A stretch of 63,713 nt of DNA, filler included, from Reticulomyxa filosa (taxonomy: Eukaryota; Protista; Foraminifera): the NCBI GenBank assembly GCA_000512085.1. It is 21 parts of 21 records of this genome, joined end to end, with 100 filler letters (N's around TTAATTAATTAA, not from the genome) between each part and the next. Parts side by side here need not be neighbours in the genome. Positions count along the whole stretch, not along the records: positions 37,187 to 45,161 come from ASPP01023235.1; positions 45,262 to 50,519 come from ASPP01007234.1; 19 more parts are not named here. One strand, 5' to 3'. Of the stretch, positions 37,575-49,871 are shown one piece after another. Numbering within the stretch: position 1 is the stretch's first letter; each line of letters begins with the position of its first letter. The notes under the pieces are model-generated. The model made no database searches. It worked only from the letters and a program-made list of their open reading frames with translations, and had not been told where the DNA came from. Both the position numbers and the translations under genes were made by a program.

Positions 37575-38261
37575 ATTTTTTTTTTTTACAAAATATAAAA
37601 TAAGGAGATTCTTGTATATTTTTAGACATCTTTTTTTTTTTTCTTCTTCTGAATGCTAAACGAATTTATCGAGAGGAAGGGAACATATAGTTTTTTTTTC
37701 TCTGGTCATTCTTTCGAACCTTTTTTTTTTAAGTGTTTTTAAACTTTGAGTTTTTAACTTAAACAATAGTGTCTTCCTTACTTAAAAGATTTGCACGTTA
37801 CTTACTTTTTTAGCTTAGTGGGCTTATTAAATTACCTTTTTTTTTTGATCGGCTGTTTAATCTTATTTATTGCAATCGATTTTTGAAATACATTTCATCT
37901 TATCGTGGAATTTGTTACAGGTTCTTTTTTTTTTTTGCATGGAAACACTTGCGCTTGGTCAAAAAAATTTGAAACGAAAAACAATGTTATTAAGTGTAAT
38001 TGATTATTGTTTAACTGAAAATAAACACTTTTAAAAACTTTTTCTTTCAAAAATATCCCATTTTTTCTCCTAGTTCCTCTTAGTTTGTACAATTTTGGTA
38101 TGATTTAATTGAAAATTTAAATCATAATAACAAAGAAGTATTTCAAAATTGTCTTCTGTAAAAGACCGTTGAACTTTTGTTTGGTGTTCACCTTCAAAAC
38201 CCTTTTCAAACTAAAGTTTGGAAAAAAAAAACTCGGTAATATTATTCTAAAAGTAAGGTAA

Positions 38262-39917
38262 ATGTCGTCCGTTGAAACAGAGACAAAAAGAAAAGAAGAA
38301 GAAAGCAAAGAAAACAGAAAGACTTACTTTTCTCTTTCTGGATGTTATAACAAAGCTTGGGTTTTGTTGACAAATGAATCACAAAGACTGGATACTTTAA
38401 TTTGCTGTCTTTGCAATCAGATTGCAAATAATGCAATGGAACTGCATTGTAACCAACACGAGAATGCAGATAAAGTTTACCTGATTGGAGAAGAATGTGT
38501 ACAAAAATATTTGAAACAAAACAATGGAAAATGTCCAATTCAGCAACACGATCATTGCGAATTTTCGCAAAATAAAATTGTGAGAAAATTCGTGTCTGAA
38601 TTATTGGTAATTTGTCCTCGACAATTTCATTTGAAAAAAAGACAATCGAATGAAGGAATAAAATCAGGAGAAAAAGAAGAAGAATATAATAAATTTGAAT
38701 TAAATTCAAATTCAAATTTAAAATGTAATTGTAATTATGTTGGAAAAATAAAAGATTTGAAAGATCATTTGGACAAATCATGCGATTTGATTTCAAGCCA
38801 ACAAATTATTCCATTAGAAATTGTAAATGAATTGAATGTGATGAGTGAACAAATTAAAACATTGCAAAATATGATTAAAGATTTGCAATCGCAAATTAAA
38901 AAGATGAAAGAGAATGACAATGAAAAAAATAAACAAAGCATTGCATTCAAAAAACAATTGGATCAATGTCAAGTTAAATTTGATGAATTTAAAGAATACA
39001 AACGAAGTATTGAAGCCAAGTTTGAAAAGCAAAATGCAAACATTCAAAAGTTTCAACATCAAATTGACACACAAAATGAAAAGCAAAAAAGTGAGCAAAA
39101 AGGACAAGAGCAACATAGCACCAACTTTAAATTTCACAATTGTGAGAATATGTTATCATTCGTTACAAGCATAAATTTGAAAAATGGAGTGGATTTCTTA
39201 TTGGTAAATGAAAACAAAAAACGAGTAGAATTAAAAAATAGAGAATGGAACAATTATGAATTTGGAGTATTTTTACTTGGAGAAAATATTACTTTGACTG
39301 TTTGTTGTGATTTCGAGAATCAGTCTCAAAAATACGGACATCTAAAAATCAAAACGAGTCATTTGTGGATTAAATATTCTTCCTCCAAAATTGATTGCTC
39401 AGAGCTGGGATATTCATATTTACAGCCACGATATCCTGGGAGTGGTAGTCCCGGAAAGTGGGGTGGTGGGGGTGGTGGATATGCGACAAAAGGAGGTGAG
39501 AGTGGATTATCAGGTCTTGGAAGAGGCGGAGAAATATATGGAGAAGAGACTTTACTGAAACAAATCCATTTTGGAAGTGGGGGAGGTGGTTGTAGTTGGA
39601 ATGGTAGCCACGGAGGAAGTGGCGGTGGCATATTTGAATTAATAATTGAACAACAATTAATCAACCATGGCTCGATTCAATCCAATGGAGGAGATTCAGA
39701 CCGTGGTGGTGGCGGAAGTGGAGGATCAATCTTAATTGAATTCCGTTGTCATGGAAATACGTGGAAACATACTTTTGGCATTATCAGATGCATTGGAGGT
39801 AATCAAAGCAAAACAAATGAAGGTGGAAAAGGAAGAATTGCAATTTATGGCATTGAATTATCATCAGATGATATCAAAGATATTGATCCAAAACCATTTA
39901 ATAGGCTTCACAAATAA
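38262..39917 (+). CDS. RING-like/TRAF-type zinc finger, coiled coil and Gly-rich C-terminal domain protein (intronless)
   Basis: CCLCNQ...C..H...GEEC...CPIQQH; VICPR...CNYVGKIKDLKDHLDKSC; heptad-rich region; repeated GGGGG/GSGGG segments alternating with beta-like strands. Confidence 0.75.
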   Translation: MSSVETETKRKEEESKENRKTYFSLSGCYNKAWVLLTNESQRLDTLICCLCNQIANNAMELHCNQHENADKVYLIGEECVQKYLKQNNGKCPIQQHDHCEFSQNKIVRKFVSELLVICPRQFHLKKRQSNEGIKSGEKEEEYNKFELNSNSNLKCNCNYVGKIKDLKDHLDKSCDLISSQQIIPLEIVNELNVMSEQIKTLQNMIKDLQSQIKKMKENDNEKNKQSIAFKKQLDQCQVKFDEFKEYKRSIEAKFEKQNANIQKFQHQIDTQNEKQKSEQKGQEQHSTNFKFHNCENMLSFVTSINLKNGVDFLLVNENKKRVELKNREWNNYEFGVFLLGENITLTVCCDFENQSQKYGHLKIKTSHLWIKYSSSKIDCSELGYSYLQPRYPGSGSPGKWGGGGGGYATKGGESGLSGLGRGGEIYGEETLLKQIHFGSGGGGCSWNGSHGGSGGGIFELIIEQQLINHGSIQSNGGDSDRGGGGSGGSILIEFRCHGNTWKHTFGIIRCIGGNQSKTNEGGKGRIAIYGIELSSDDIKDIDPKPFNRLHK

Positions 39918-40349
39918 GTGATATTTTTTGTTTTTTTGAAATGCAATTTATGATTTTATTTTATTTTTTCAGTATTTAGTATATCAACATTATGATAGTC
40001 ATAAACTAAATTAAAACAAATATATATTAAAATTATCAAGTAGCATAAAGTAGATTTTCAATACAAATAACATTTCTTCCATTCAAAAACATCACTTTAT
40101 TCATGAATAACACACATATACTATTTGTAACATTCAAAATTTAGTCAAAATTACAAAGACACAATCTTATGAAGATGATTAACTTTTCCATACAAAGGAA
40201 TAGTCATTGAGAATTTTTATACATTTCCCAATTATAGACAATATCCGTTTTAAAAGAGCTGTGATTACCTCAAGATTAGTTTCTTTATCAAAAGGGTCAT
40301 CTTCCTTTTTTTAAAAAGTTAGAACAATTAATAGTTCTTCAATCTTAAC

Positions 40350-41601
40350 ATGGGTAATCAAAGCACAACTCCCTTTCAAGATTTGAAGGATTTGCCTACT
40401 TCACTTTATGAATCTCAATGTGTGCTACATAAACACGAAATCCTCATTTGTGGGGGTTACAAACAAAGCGCTTGCTATTCATATCATACGCTTAAAAATG
40501 AATACAAGCTTATCTGTAATTATCCATATATTACATTATGGGGATATTGTGGTCACTGTGTAGTGAAATTAGCAGATATCAACAACAAAGACAGTAATGA
40601 AATCACTTTATTGTCTTTTGGTGGATCTTATAAACATACATTGATGATGAAATATGTAAGTGTTTGGAGTGATGATAATGAAATGAATAAATCAAAAAAA
40701 TCAAACAATCACAATGAATGGATTCCTTTCACAGACAATCACAATAATTTAATTCACATTGGAAGAAATGAAGATAATTATTGTGGAGTTCGTGCAGTCA
40801 TTGGTGGAAGCAATAATCATTTGTTATTTATCACTTATGGACCAAAAAATATTAGCGTATTTGACTTAAATACACTCCAATTTATTAAACATGACGTTTT
40901 GCCAATTTATTATCGTATTAATTATCATTGCTTTATATCAAAGTCAGAAAATGGACAAGGACAAGCAATGGTGAAAACAAATGAAGAAAAAAATAAGATT
41001 CGAAAGAAAAAAAATAATGAAATGCTGTTATTTTGTGAAAAGACAGGATTATCAATTGAATATGATGAAAACAACAACAATTTTCAATTTCATCGATTAC
41101 ATGTTTGTGATGATATTGATATATTATCTCGTTATGCATATGTATACATCAATGATGCAATCTTATTCTTTGCTGGAAATGGTTTTAAAGGATATAATTA
41201 TATTGCTTCCAAATCAGTACACAAGTATTTAATACAAGAACAAAAATGGATTACATTTGATCATACTTTGCCTATTCCACTGCATAGCTGCTTTGGAATA
41301 TTGAATGAAGATAATACTCATATACATATCATTGGAGGGATTGACGATAGGAATGCTGCAGTATCAACGCACATGAAAACAAAAGTAAATATATGGAGAG
41401 ATGCTTCACAGTTGGTAAGATTCTTTTCAAATTTTTTTTTTGTAATAAAATACAGATAAATTTTATTGTATAACAAACAATTAATAGTCAAGTAACGAAA
41501 TAAAACTTGCTATTCAATATTGGATTCGAATTTTAAAGATAAAATTAGGATGGATTAATGATTTTGAGAAAATTATTATCAAATACAGTAGAATACAATA
41601 A
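40350..41601 (+). CDS. Kelch-like beta-propeller protein with C-terminal IKLGWI module exon. Exons 40350-41414, 41488-41601
   Basis: ILICGG, LLSFGG, ILFFAG...VHKY..W and IHIIGG kelch-like blades; intron 41415-41487 (GTAAGA...TAG); last exon SSNEIKLAIQYWIRILKIKLGWINDFEKIIIKYSRIQ*. Confidence 0.8.
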
Positions 41602-42039
41602 ATTTGACACATAAAAGTACACATTATAAAGATAATTAATTGATTTTTTTTAAATTTTTGAAAAAGTTAATAATGAAGTAGTTTTTTTGGAATTAGATTA
41701 TTTTTTTTTTTTTATAGCTTATTTTGAAATCCTGATCATAAATGCGAATACTAGAAATAATTTAATTAAAGCGAAATAGGCAAAAAAATAAACATTTGAG
41801 CACAAGGAATTAGGAAAGTAAAATAAGGAAGTTTGAATCGGATATAGATTTAAATTTTAAATAATATGTACTTCGGAAAATGAACACTACTGAAAAGAGT
41901 TATCACACTCTATGTTTTTAAAAAAATTGTAGAGAACACGAAATTCTTATTTAAAATATCAAAATTAATTGTTTGAGAAAAATTTGCTTCATTTTATTCA
42001 CTTCAAAAATAGTTAATTTTTGTTAAAAAAAAAGCAATA

Positions 42040-43421
42040 TTATCCCCAAATACGAATCGGTCCTTTTCGTGAACCGTAACACAAATAGACACCACAATTA
42101 CAATTGTCATTGTTTTTGTTTTCCTTTTTTCCTTTTTACTTGTAAAAATTTAATACATTGTATTCCGTCATCCTCATTATTTCCTTTCATTATATGCAAT
42201 TGACTCTTATTTGATCGAATATCCCAAAACTTAATTGTATTATCAGTTGATCCAGAACATATCACATTATAACTACTACTAGCTTCGATATTATTTATTA
42301 CAAATGGTGAATATTCAACAGTCACAACTGAACTCGTATGTCCATTAAACACTTGAATTTGTTGACCAGATCGAATATCCCATAAACAAACACTTTTATC
42401 TAATGATCCAGACAATATTGTATTTCTTAATTCATTTGATCCATATTTTACACCACTTATCCAATCTTTATGTCCTTTGATTTTAATTAAATTTTTGGAA
42501 GTTTCAATATCCCATATTCGAATAGTATTATCAAATGATCCAGAACAAATTGTATATCCATTACCACCAATCACACCAATAATATTACTTTTATTATCAT
42601 CGTTATTGTTATTGCCTTGCAATGGTGAAAAATCTACACACCAAACAGTATCTGTATGTCCATTGAAAATATGCAATGATTTGGATGTTTCAATATCCCA
42701 TAAACGGATTGTTTTATCATTTGATCCAGAGCATAAATATCGGCCACCATTAAATGATGAAAATTCAATTCCACCAACCCATTCTGTGTGTCCGTTGAAT
42801 TCTTGTAATTGCTTACCATCTTTAATATTCCAAAAACGAATAGTATTGTCAGATGAAGAAGAGCAAATGGTATTACGATGATGATTATGATATCGTGTAA
42901 ATTTCACACAATACACAGGACCTAAATGTCCATCGAATGATTGAATTTTTTTGCCTGTATCTACATCCCATACACATACCTTGTTATCATCTGATCCAGA
43001 ACTAAGGTATAAACCATCATCGAATGTAGAAGTATCAATGCAATTCACACGACTAGCGTGTACAGTGAAAGTTTTAAGTAATTTGGATGATGAACAAAAT
43101 ATATCAAGTGTAAAGGCTGCCTGTTTTAAACAGTGATAACAAACAACAAATAAACATTTAACATATTTTGATTGCACTAAATAAAAAAAAAAAAAAAGCA
43201 TAACATATTTGACAACAAATTTGTCAAAATCTTGAATCCATCCTAATTTAATATCTAATATTCGAATCCAATATTGAATAATTAATTGGATCTCTTCTTC
43301 GTCTATCTGATTCGATCATAAATAACATAATAAGCACAAATAGTAGAGTAAGATAACAAGCTATCAGAAAGTTTGAAATGAAGATTACCAATGCTTGTTT
43401 TTTATTGCCAAAAGTGGTCAT
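42040..43421 (-). CDS. WD40 protein with N-terminal IKLGWI module. Exons 43421-43389, 43306-43205, 43120-42040 (homopolymer frameshift near 42120)
   Basis: Six or more GH...CSGS.D.TIR.WD repeats; module exon IDEEEIQLIIQYWIRILDIKLGWIQDFDKFVVKY; last strand LCYGSRKGPIRIWG* lies in a shifted frame. Confidence 0.88.
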
Positions 43422-43643
43422 TTTTTCGATTCTTTATTCTTTTGGATTATCCTTAGATGAAATATTTGAATTTTTTCTCTCAAGGTCATAAAGTTTTTTT
43501 TTTTACTTGAAAAAATTCATTGGATATTTTTTCGTTTGGATTATACTGGCACTGCAAGATATTTGTTAAAAAAAATATAGAATGTGGGGAGTTTAATAAA
43601 AAAAATGTTACTTTTGTTTTTTAATTACCTATTATTATCTTGT

Positions 43644-43676
<33 letters not shown>

Positions 43677-45602
43677 TAATTAAATGTTTGCATAATTTAA
43701 ATTTTCGAAAGAAACAAAACTGCCACACATGAATATATTTATTTAATTTACACACACAAAGATACATTTTTTTATTTTATATTCGCTACACCTTCTTGTT
43801 GATAGGTTCATGTTTATCATAGTTTTGTTTTTACTGTTATTGCAATAATTACATATCGCAATTTGTTTGAAATAGCATATACAAAGTAAATTATTGATAC
43901 GTATATAAGACTGTAGAGCAATCCACTACAATTGTTACTGAAAATTCGTTTCGGAATAAAGTCTATCTCGTATTACATTTAATATCACTAATGTTCCTGC
44001 AATCGTTACATGTAGTATATGGACAGCTTTGACCAAAAAAAAATAATTTTGGTTTCCAAATTTATGAAATTTATAAGTTGTTGTATTTTAATAACTATTT
44101 TATCAGAAAAGCAACACTTGAGAAAATTGTTTCGTGGCAGTGTGTGTGTGTAAACATAGTTTATATTTGTATTGAAAAGAACACATTTTTAAAAGACTCA
44201 TTTTCAATACAAATATAAAAATTGCTAATCTTCAAAGATGTCATTTTTTCATGTTTCAGGCTTTTGTACTATTTAAATGTGAATTTACAATTAAAATAGT
44301 TTTTTATTGAATATCGAATAAAAGTAATCAAAAATTCACCGTTTTATTTTGACTGTAGATCATTTCTAAGTCAAAATTTAACATTTGAACTCCTAGTCTT
44401 GAAGGCGTAGTGTGGATTCGTCTACGGAAAGCGCATAGGTGTGTAAATACAATATATATATATTTTTTTTTTGTTACAAAAATAGCAGCATTTTAAAGAA
44501 TATCAAGCCCAAATATCATTAAAATATTTTTGCAATTAACTGTTCCTAGCAATCAGAAAAATCATTGTATTGAAAAGTAATTTGTAAAACAATCAAACGT
44601 GTTTTTGTGTATTCAGTATTGTTAATTGTCAGAAGATAACTTGTTATATTTTTATTTGCACTAATTTAGTGATGTTATCATAGAATATTCCAGCCAGAGA
44701 TGCAAAACTTCTTTTTTTGGAACAAATGATAACTTTGAATAAATTAATAAATATGTTCCAAAGGAGCGAATATCCAATGTTGTATTGCAAAACACAATGT
44801 CCATTTCCATTTCTATATTTTGATTTTCCACTTTGTATGCAATGTATTGCAGCGTGGATGTTCAGTTCATTTCTTGCTGTTTGCAGTCGTAGCGCTCCCT
44901 TCTATACTCATCTGTCTTTTGCTCGCATCAGTGAACTCGTTTGCTCTCTCAATCTTTTCAGATACTGTCGTTGCTCGAGGTTGCGCAGTTTCATCTGTCT
45001 TTTTGTTGATATCTTCGTTTGTCTTCTTATCTGCTGCTTCGGTTCCAATGCTGTATCTTTTGTGTTTTCTCCACGAAAGAAAAAAAATTCAAGTGTAATC
45101 TGATGATACCAAATGCTTTTTGCGTACGTAACAGGAAACAAAAAACAAGACAAAGCTAAAGNNNNNNNNNNNNNNNNNNNNNNNNNNNNNNNNNNNNNNN
45201 NNNNNTTAATTAATTAANNNNNNNNNNNNNNNNNNNNNNNNNNNNNNNNNNNNNNNNNNNNTCGGTTTTGTCTTGAGGCCTGGGTCTTTTTTTCCAGTGT
45301 TATTCAAAAACGAAGATAAAAATAAACTGTCACAATCGTGCCGCCCGCAAACGTGTTTTCTTGTGTGACATACACTATAACACCAGTTGTTTTTGGTCCA
45401 AAAAAAAGGTACTTCCTTTCCCAAAACGAAAAGTTCAAATGTGGCGTAAAGTCGCAACAGACTTTCGCAATTCGTGCCATCGCTTCTCTAAAAGTTAGCA
45501 AACTGTAAGATATTTTTGTTCGCTCATGCATTTCTATGATACTAGTTTTTGATCAACGTCGGAAAGTGACCACAAACGATCCTCTGTCCAAAAAAACAAA
45601 TT

Positions 45603-46937
45603 TTGTTAGCAAGATGTAATAAACAACGAAATTCATTGCTGTTCTACACACCCCGCCGTAGTATAACTGGTGGTGAAATAGCGGCGATAGTGTTTTCTGC
45701 GAAAAGTGTAGCCATGAGCGTGGGCGCACTCTTAGGTGTCGGTGGATTGTATTGGTATTTGCGTGAAGACGAAAAAGAGCAAACGACAATCGATCCAAAT
45801 GTATTAGACTATGAATTATTGAGAAGTGAAATTCGTTCCATCCTATATCATGAATCATTCGACGATGGTTGTTGTGCACCGTTGCTATTGCGTTTGGCAT
45901 TTAATCAATGTGCGACTTACAGTAAATACGATGGCTTAGGAGGGATGAATGGCGCATCACTTCGGTTAATTTTTTTTTTTTTTTTTTTTAGAAAAAAAAA
46001 ACTTTTTTATTAAATTGCATTAAAACAATTTTTAGATTCGACCCTGAGCGTTCATATCCACACAATCGAGGATTGGACCGGGCCATGAAATTGTTAGAAA
46101 GCATCAAAAGGAAATATCCGAAAATTTCTTACAGTGATTTGTGGGTTTTGGCTTCTTATGTCGCCATCGAAGAAATGGGAGGTCCTTACATTGAATTTCG
46201 TGGAGGACGCAAAGACTGCAAACCTCCAACGGAAAATAATTTGGGTCTAGCTCTGGAGGAACAAAGATTTCCAGAATGGGATGCTGGGGGCACGAGATTA
46301 CTTGATTGGTTTGACAGGTTACAATCTTCGTTGTTTGCACATATGTTCCCATCCATGCTTTCATTACTAGACAAACAACGTCCTTTTTTTTTTTTGCTTT
46401 GTTTTTTTTTTCTCTTCTTTCTTTTGCAATAAAAGAATGGGACTGAGCGATAGAGAGGGAACGTGCCTTATGGGAGGACACAGTTGTGGACGTTTGCATG
46501 CAGCAAACAGTGGCATTGAAGGCACGTGGTTAGATGCCCAAATATTGACTAATGACTACTTCAAAAATATTGTCTTTTTACCTTATTTGTACGAACGACG
46601 TGGACGAGAACATTACTACGATCCAGCTCATCCTGAAGTTGTCTTATTGCCCATTGAAGGATCTTTCAAATATTGTGCTCGAGTTATGCGCTGGGCTGAA
46701 TTTTATGCTTACGCCGATTTGCATGTGTGGCTCGAAGACTTTGGTGCGGTATGGAAAAAAGTCACTGAAAACGGCTGTCTCCTTGACGACGATGATCCTG
46801 ATGCTCCTCTACCTTCTATTGAAACAGCTACCTTTTTGGGTCTTTCTTCTCCCAAGACTCAACAAGAAATTGAAGCTTTGTCTTTACTCAACACTGACAA
46901 CCAAGAAAAAAAATCGCCACCACCTAAATTAAAATAA
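45603..46937 (+). CDS. Class I heme peroxidase (cytochrome c/ascorbate peroxidase-like), divergent. Exons about 45603-45964, 46036-46317, 46436-46937; start uncertain
   Basis: PLLLRLAFN..TY...GGMNGASLRFDPE...HNRGL; ISYSDLWVLA..VAIEEMGGP.I.FRGGRKD; MGLSDRE..LMGGHSCGR.H...SG.EG.W; N-terminal TM-like segment. Confidence 0.9.
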
Positions 46938-47285
46938 CACAACAATGATGCTTCTTCTCTCATTTTGTTTTGTTTGTTTATTTCAATATGATATGAAATA
47001 AGGCCAATCTCATTCAAATTTTTTAAAACTATGCAAATACAAAAAAATGCAAAATTTCTAGAAAGATATGCACTTCACCCATAAATGATAATAATATAGA
47101 CAAACTTTTTCGTCCGATCTGACTGAAATAAATTATCTGTTTTCTCCAAACAACTGACACAACGACAAAACAGTCATCTCCAGATTCCGATTGTGAATAA
47201 TGAGTATAAATTGATTTCACATCACCATAAAGTTTCTCGTCAAAGAACCGCGCTTAAGACAGGACCCCCTTTTTATTTGCCAATA

Positions 47286-48318
47286 ATGCCTAAATTTTGT
47301 TCAGAGTTGCAAGACACAGCTCGTCCTCTCGGGGCGTACATTCTTTTTATAGGTACAATGTTAGTATTGGAATCATTTTTGTGTATTTACAGTTTTTATC
47401 ATCTACGGAAGCCAGAGCACACAGATTCAAACCTTCGAATCATATACCTATTTTATCATGTTTTGACGTGGATGGTATTGTGCTTGCAATTTTTAAACTA
47501 CATCGGTTCAGTACAAGAGTGGTGGTTGCACAATATTTCAACTTGCCAAACAGTACTATTTGTTATTTCGTTGCTATTAACTTCGATATATTTTTCGGCG
47601 ATATTTTTTTGGCTCAAAAGATTAAGTTATGCATTTCTTTTTTTGGTATATAGAATTATATGCATAAAGTCATATATGCATACATGTTAATTTTGTAGTA
47701 CTCGTGTTTGAAAATTCATTACTTGGAATCAAGAAGCACTATCTTTGGGCAATATACTCAATATTTATATTGGGGATCAGCGGTGTTATGGGATTTAATG
47801 TATGGACGACAGTTGCTAGTGATTGTCTGCAATACTTTAAAAGTATCGGCTTCGACATACAGCCAGCCTCGAATATGAAAATTAATGGAGAAAAAGTATA
47901 TTGGACCTGCCGACATGTATATTTACCTTTTAAAATAAGTACTTTGATTGGACTTGTAACTTTATGCATACTGAATATCACCACCGGATATATGTACTCG
48001 ACAAGAATGATCAACACTGCACGTGCAGTGCACAGAAATGAAGAACTCGATCTTATACGTCTTGGAAGCGCTCAGTCGAATCGTGAAGTTTCAACAGAAA
48101 CAATGCGAATGCTTCTACATGTCAGAAAATGTGGTATCATCGCTTTGACCAGCATCATTTGTTCGACAATCTCTTTTATATTAATTTGGATTACTGGATC
48201 TGCTTTGCCTATGTTTACCGATAGTCTTTTTAATGGCATATTGATGCTGAGTAGTTTCACTTTTGGAGAACGTGTCTTTATTTTTTTTTCAGTTGTTGTA
48301 AAGGACAAGCAGAAATAA
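47286..48318 (+). CDS. Multi-pass (about 7 TM) GPCR-like membrane protein. Exons 47286-47625, 47699-48318
   Basis: About seven hydrophobic segments; GT-AG intron 47626-47698 joins two ORFs in frame. Confidence 0.6.
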
Positions 48319-49105
48319 TGTTGGGCAGGCTAGTCAATAATAAATCACTTTTTTAAATTTGTTTGTATAGTGAAGCAAAATTTTATTTTCAAGATTCAAC
48401 AATCTCTCGTAACAATAAATATTTTTGATAAAAAAAATGGTCTTATGTCTGGACCGAAATTGGGTCCATCCTCCCGTCCTCCATTTCACCCAGGCCGTGC
48501 CAGATTTCTCCATATAAGTCTTCACACAAACTATTTTCTAATGTTGCCATCTTTGAGGTTGTATAAAACATCAATAATACTTTGATCACTTACATCACAC
48601 TTTTTTTTTTCCAAATGATTTAGTTTTTCAACAGAAAAATGTCAACTCTCAAAAATAATGGCAATTGCAATGAAGTTATTTCAATGAGTGTGGACAAAGC
48701 ACTAGTATTTTGTTCAATTATAAACTTTTTTTTTCAATTGTATTGTCACTTCAATTATTATTAAGGATGCTATTTAATTACAATATTTTTTATTTTTTTT
48801 TCAAACTGCTTGCCTTGGTGGGTATGATGAACAACTTTCCAGCCCAATGAGACTGAAAATCATCACTCATAAAGCCCTACCAAATGCTGCACAAAGCAAG
48901 TAAAGATCGTGCCTGATCCAAAATGGGCATGGCAATCAAAACAAACCAAAGAAAAACAAAAACAAAGTAATTTTCCAAAAAGACAAATTTTTGACAAATG
49001 GTTTTAAAAATTTTATTTTGTTTCAATTTACTTTTCAGTTTCATTTCCAAGCAAACTTTGGTGCAATTTGCCAATCTTTTGTTTTACACTTAGCATTTAC
49101 TGACT

Positions 49106-49460
49106 TTAAATTTTTCTTCTTGTAGCAACGACGAATTTTGCCAGCTCTTTGATATTTTTAATTCTTGTTTCAGGTGACAATTTCTTATCACCAATTAATA
49201 AATGCTTCAACTGCATAATTTTGATATCCAATTCTGGAATCAAAGTCTCCAAACTTTCATGCCAATGTGTACGTAACTACTTGTAATGTGGGCATTTCAT
49301 CAATAAATGATCCACATTTTCATGTTCATTTTCGCACTAATTACATTCAGGGGATTGGGCTCGGTTGATTTTATGGAGATAATAATTTAATCCCACTTTA
49401 CCTGTGATGAGTCTGCAAATGATCATTCGTTCGTGGACTTCTAAATGATGAAGCACCATC
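49106..49460 (-). mobile_element. Decayed 3' end of a non-LTR (LINE) ORF2 with CCHC zinc-binding motif
   Basis: ICRLITGKVGLNYYLHKINRAQSPECN*CENEHENVDHLLMKCPHYK*LR...LAKFVVATRRKI*, matching the RLxTG..LN..L.(K/R)I...C..C...E...HLL..CP.Y...R pattern, with in-frame stops. Confidence 0.8.
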
Positions 49461-49871
49461 TATGGATGATAATATAAGCAATTTTTAAATCAAGAAGATT
49501 ATGAGAGTAACATTGGCAATAAGTTTTTGCAGATGTCTTCGTTTGTTCCAATGTATTTTAGTTGAGTTTTGCTAAATTTTTAAAAAGTGTTTAAATGATT
49601 AAAAAACTTTGAATGTAATTATTATATTTATGAAAACCGCTCAGAGTGTGTGTGTGTGTGTGTGTAAAAAAAATGTAGATGTCACTTTCGACTTGCACAC
49701 AAATATTTAGAAAAAAAAAAATGAGATTTTCTTGTGAATGTCGAGAATACATATTTTTATTTGAAAAGAATTTCTTAAAAAAAAAAACTTTTTATACCAA
49801 TCTGTAATTCTGTAATGCAAAGAATTAAAAAAAATATCACACATGCAATACATTACATATAACATCTGAAA

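Noticed and set aside
44385-44450. GC-richer island as a tRNA or ncRNA
   Set aside because: No cloverleaf or T-loop motif could be formed; it is more likely a small exon or relic.
49106-49460. Stop-codon reassignment suggested by in-frame TAG/TGA
   Set aside because: In-frame stops within recognisable domains occur only in retroelement relics. Conserved genes read through without them and end in TAA or TAG.
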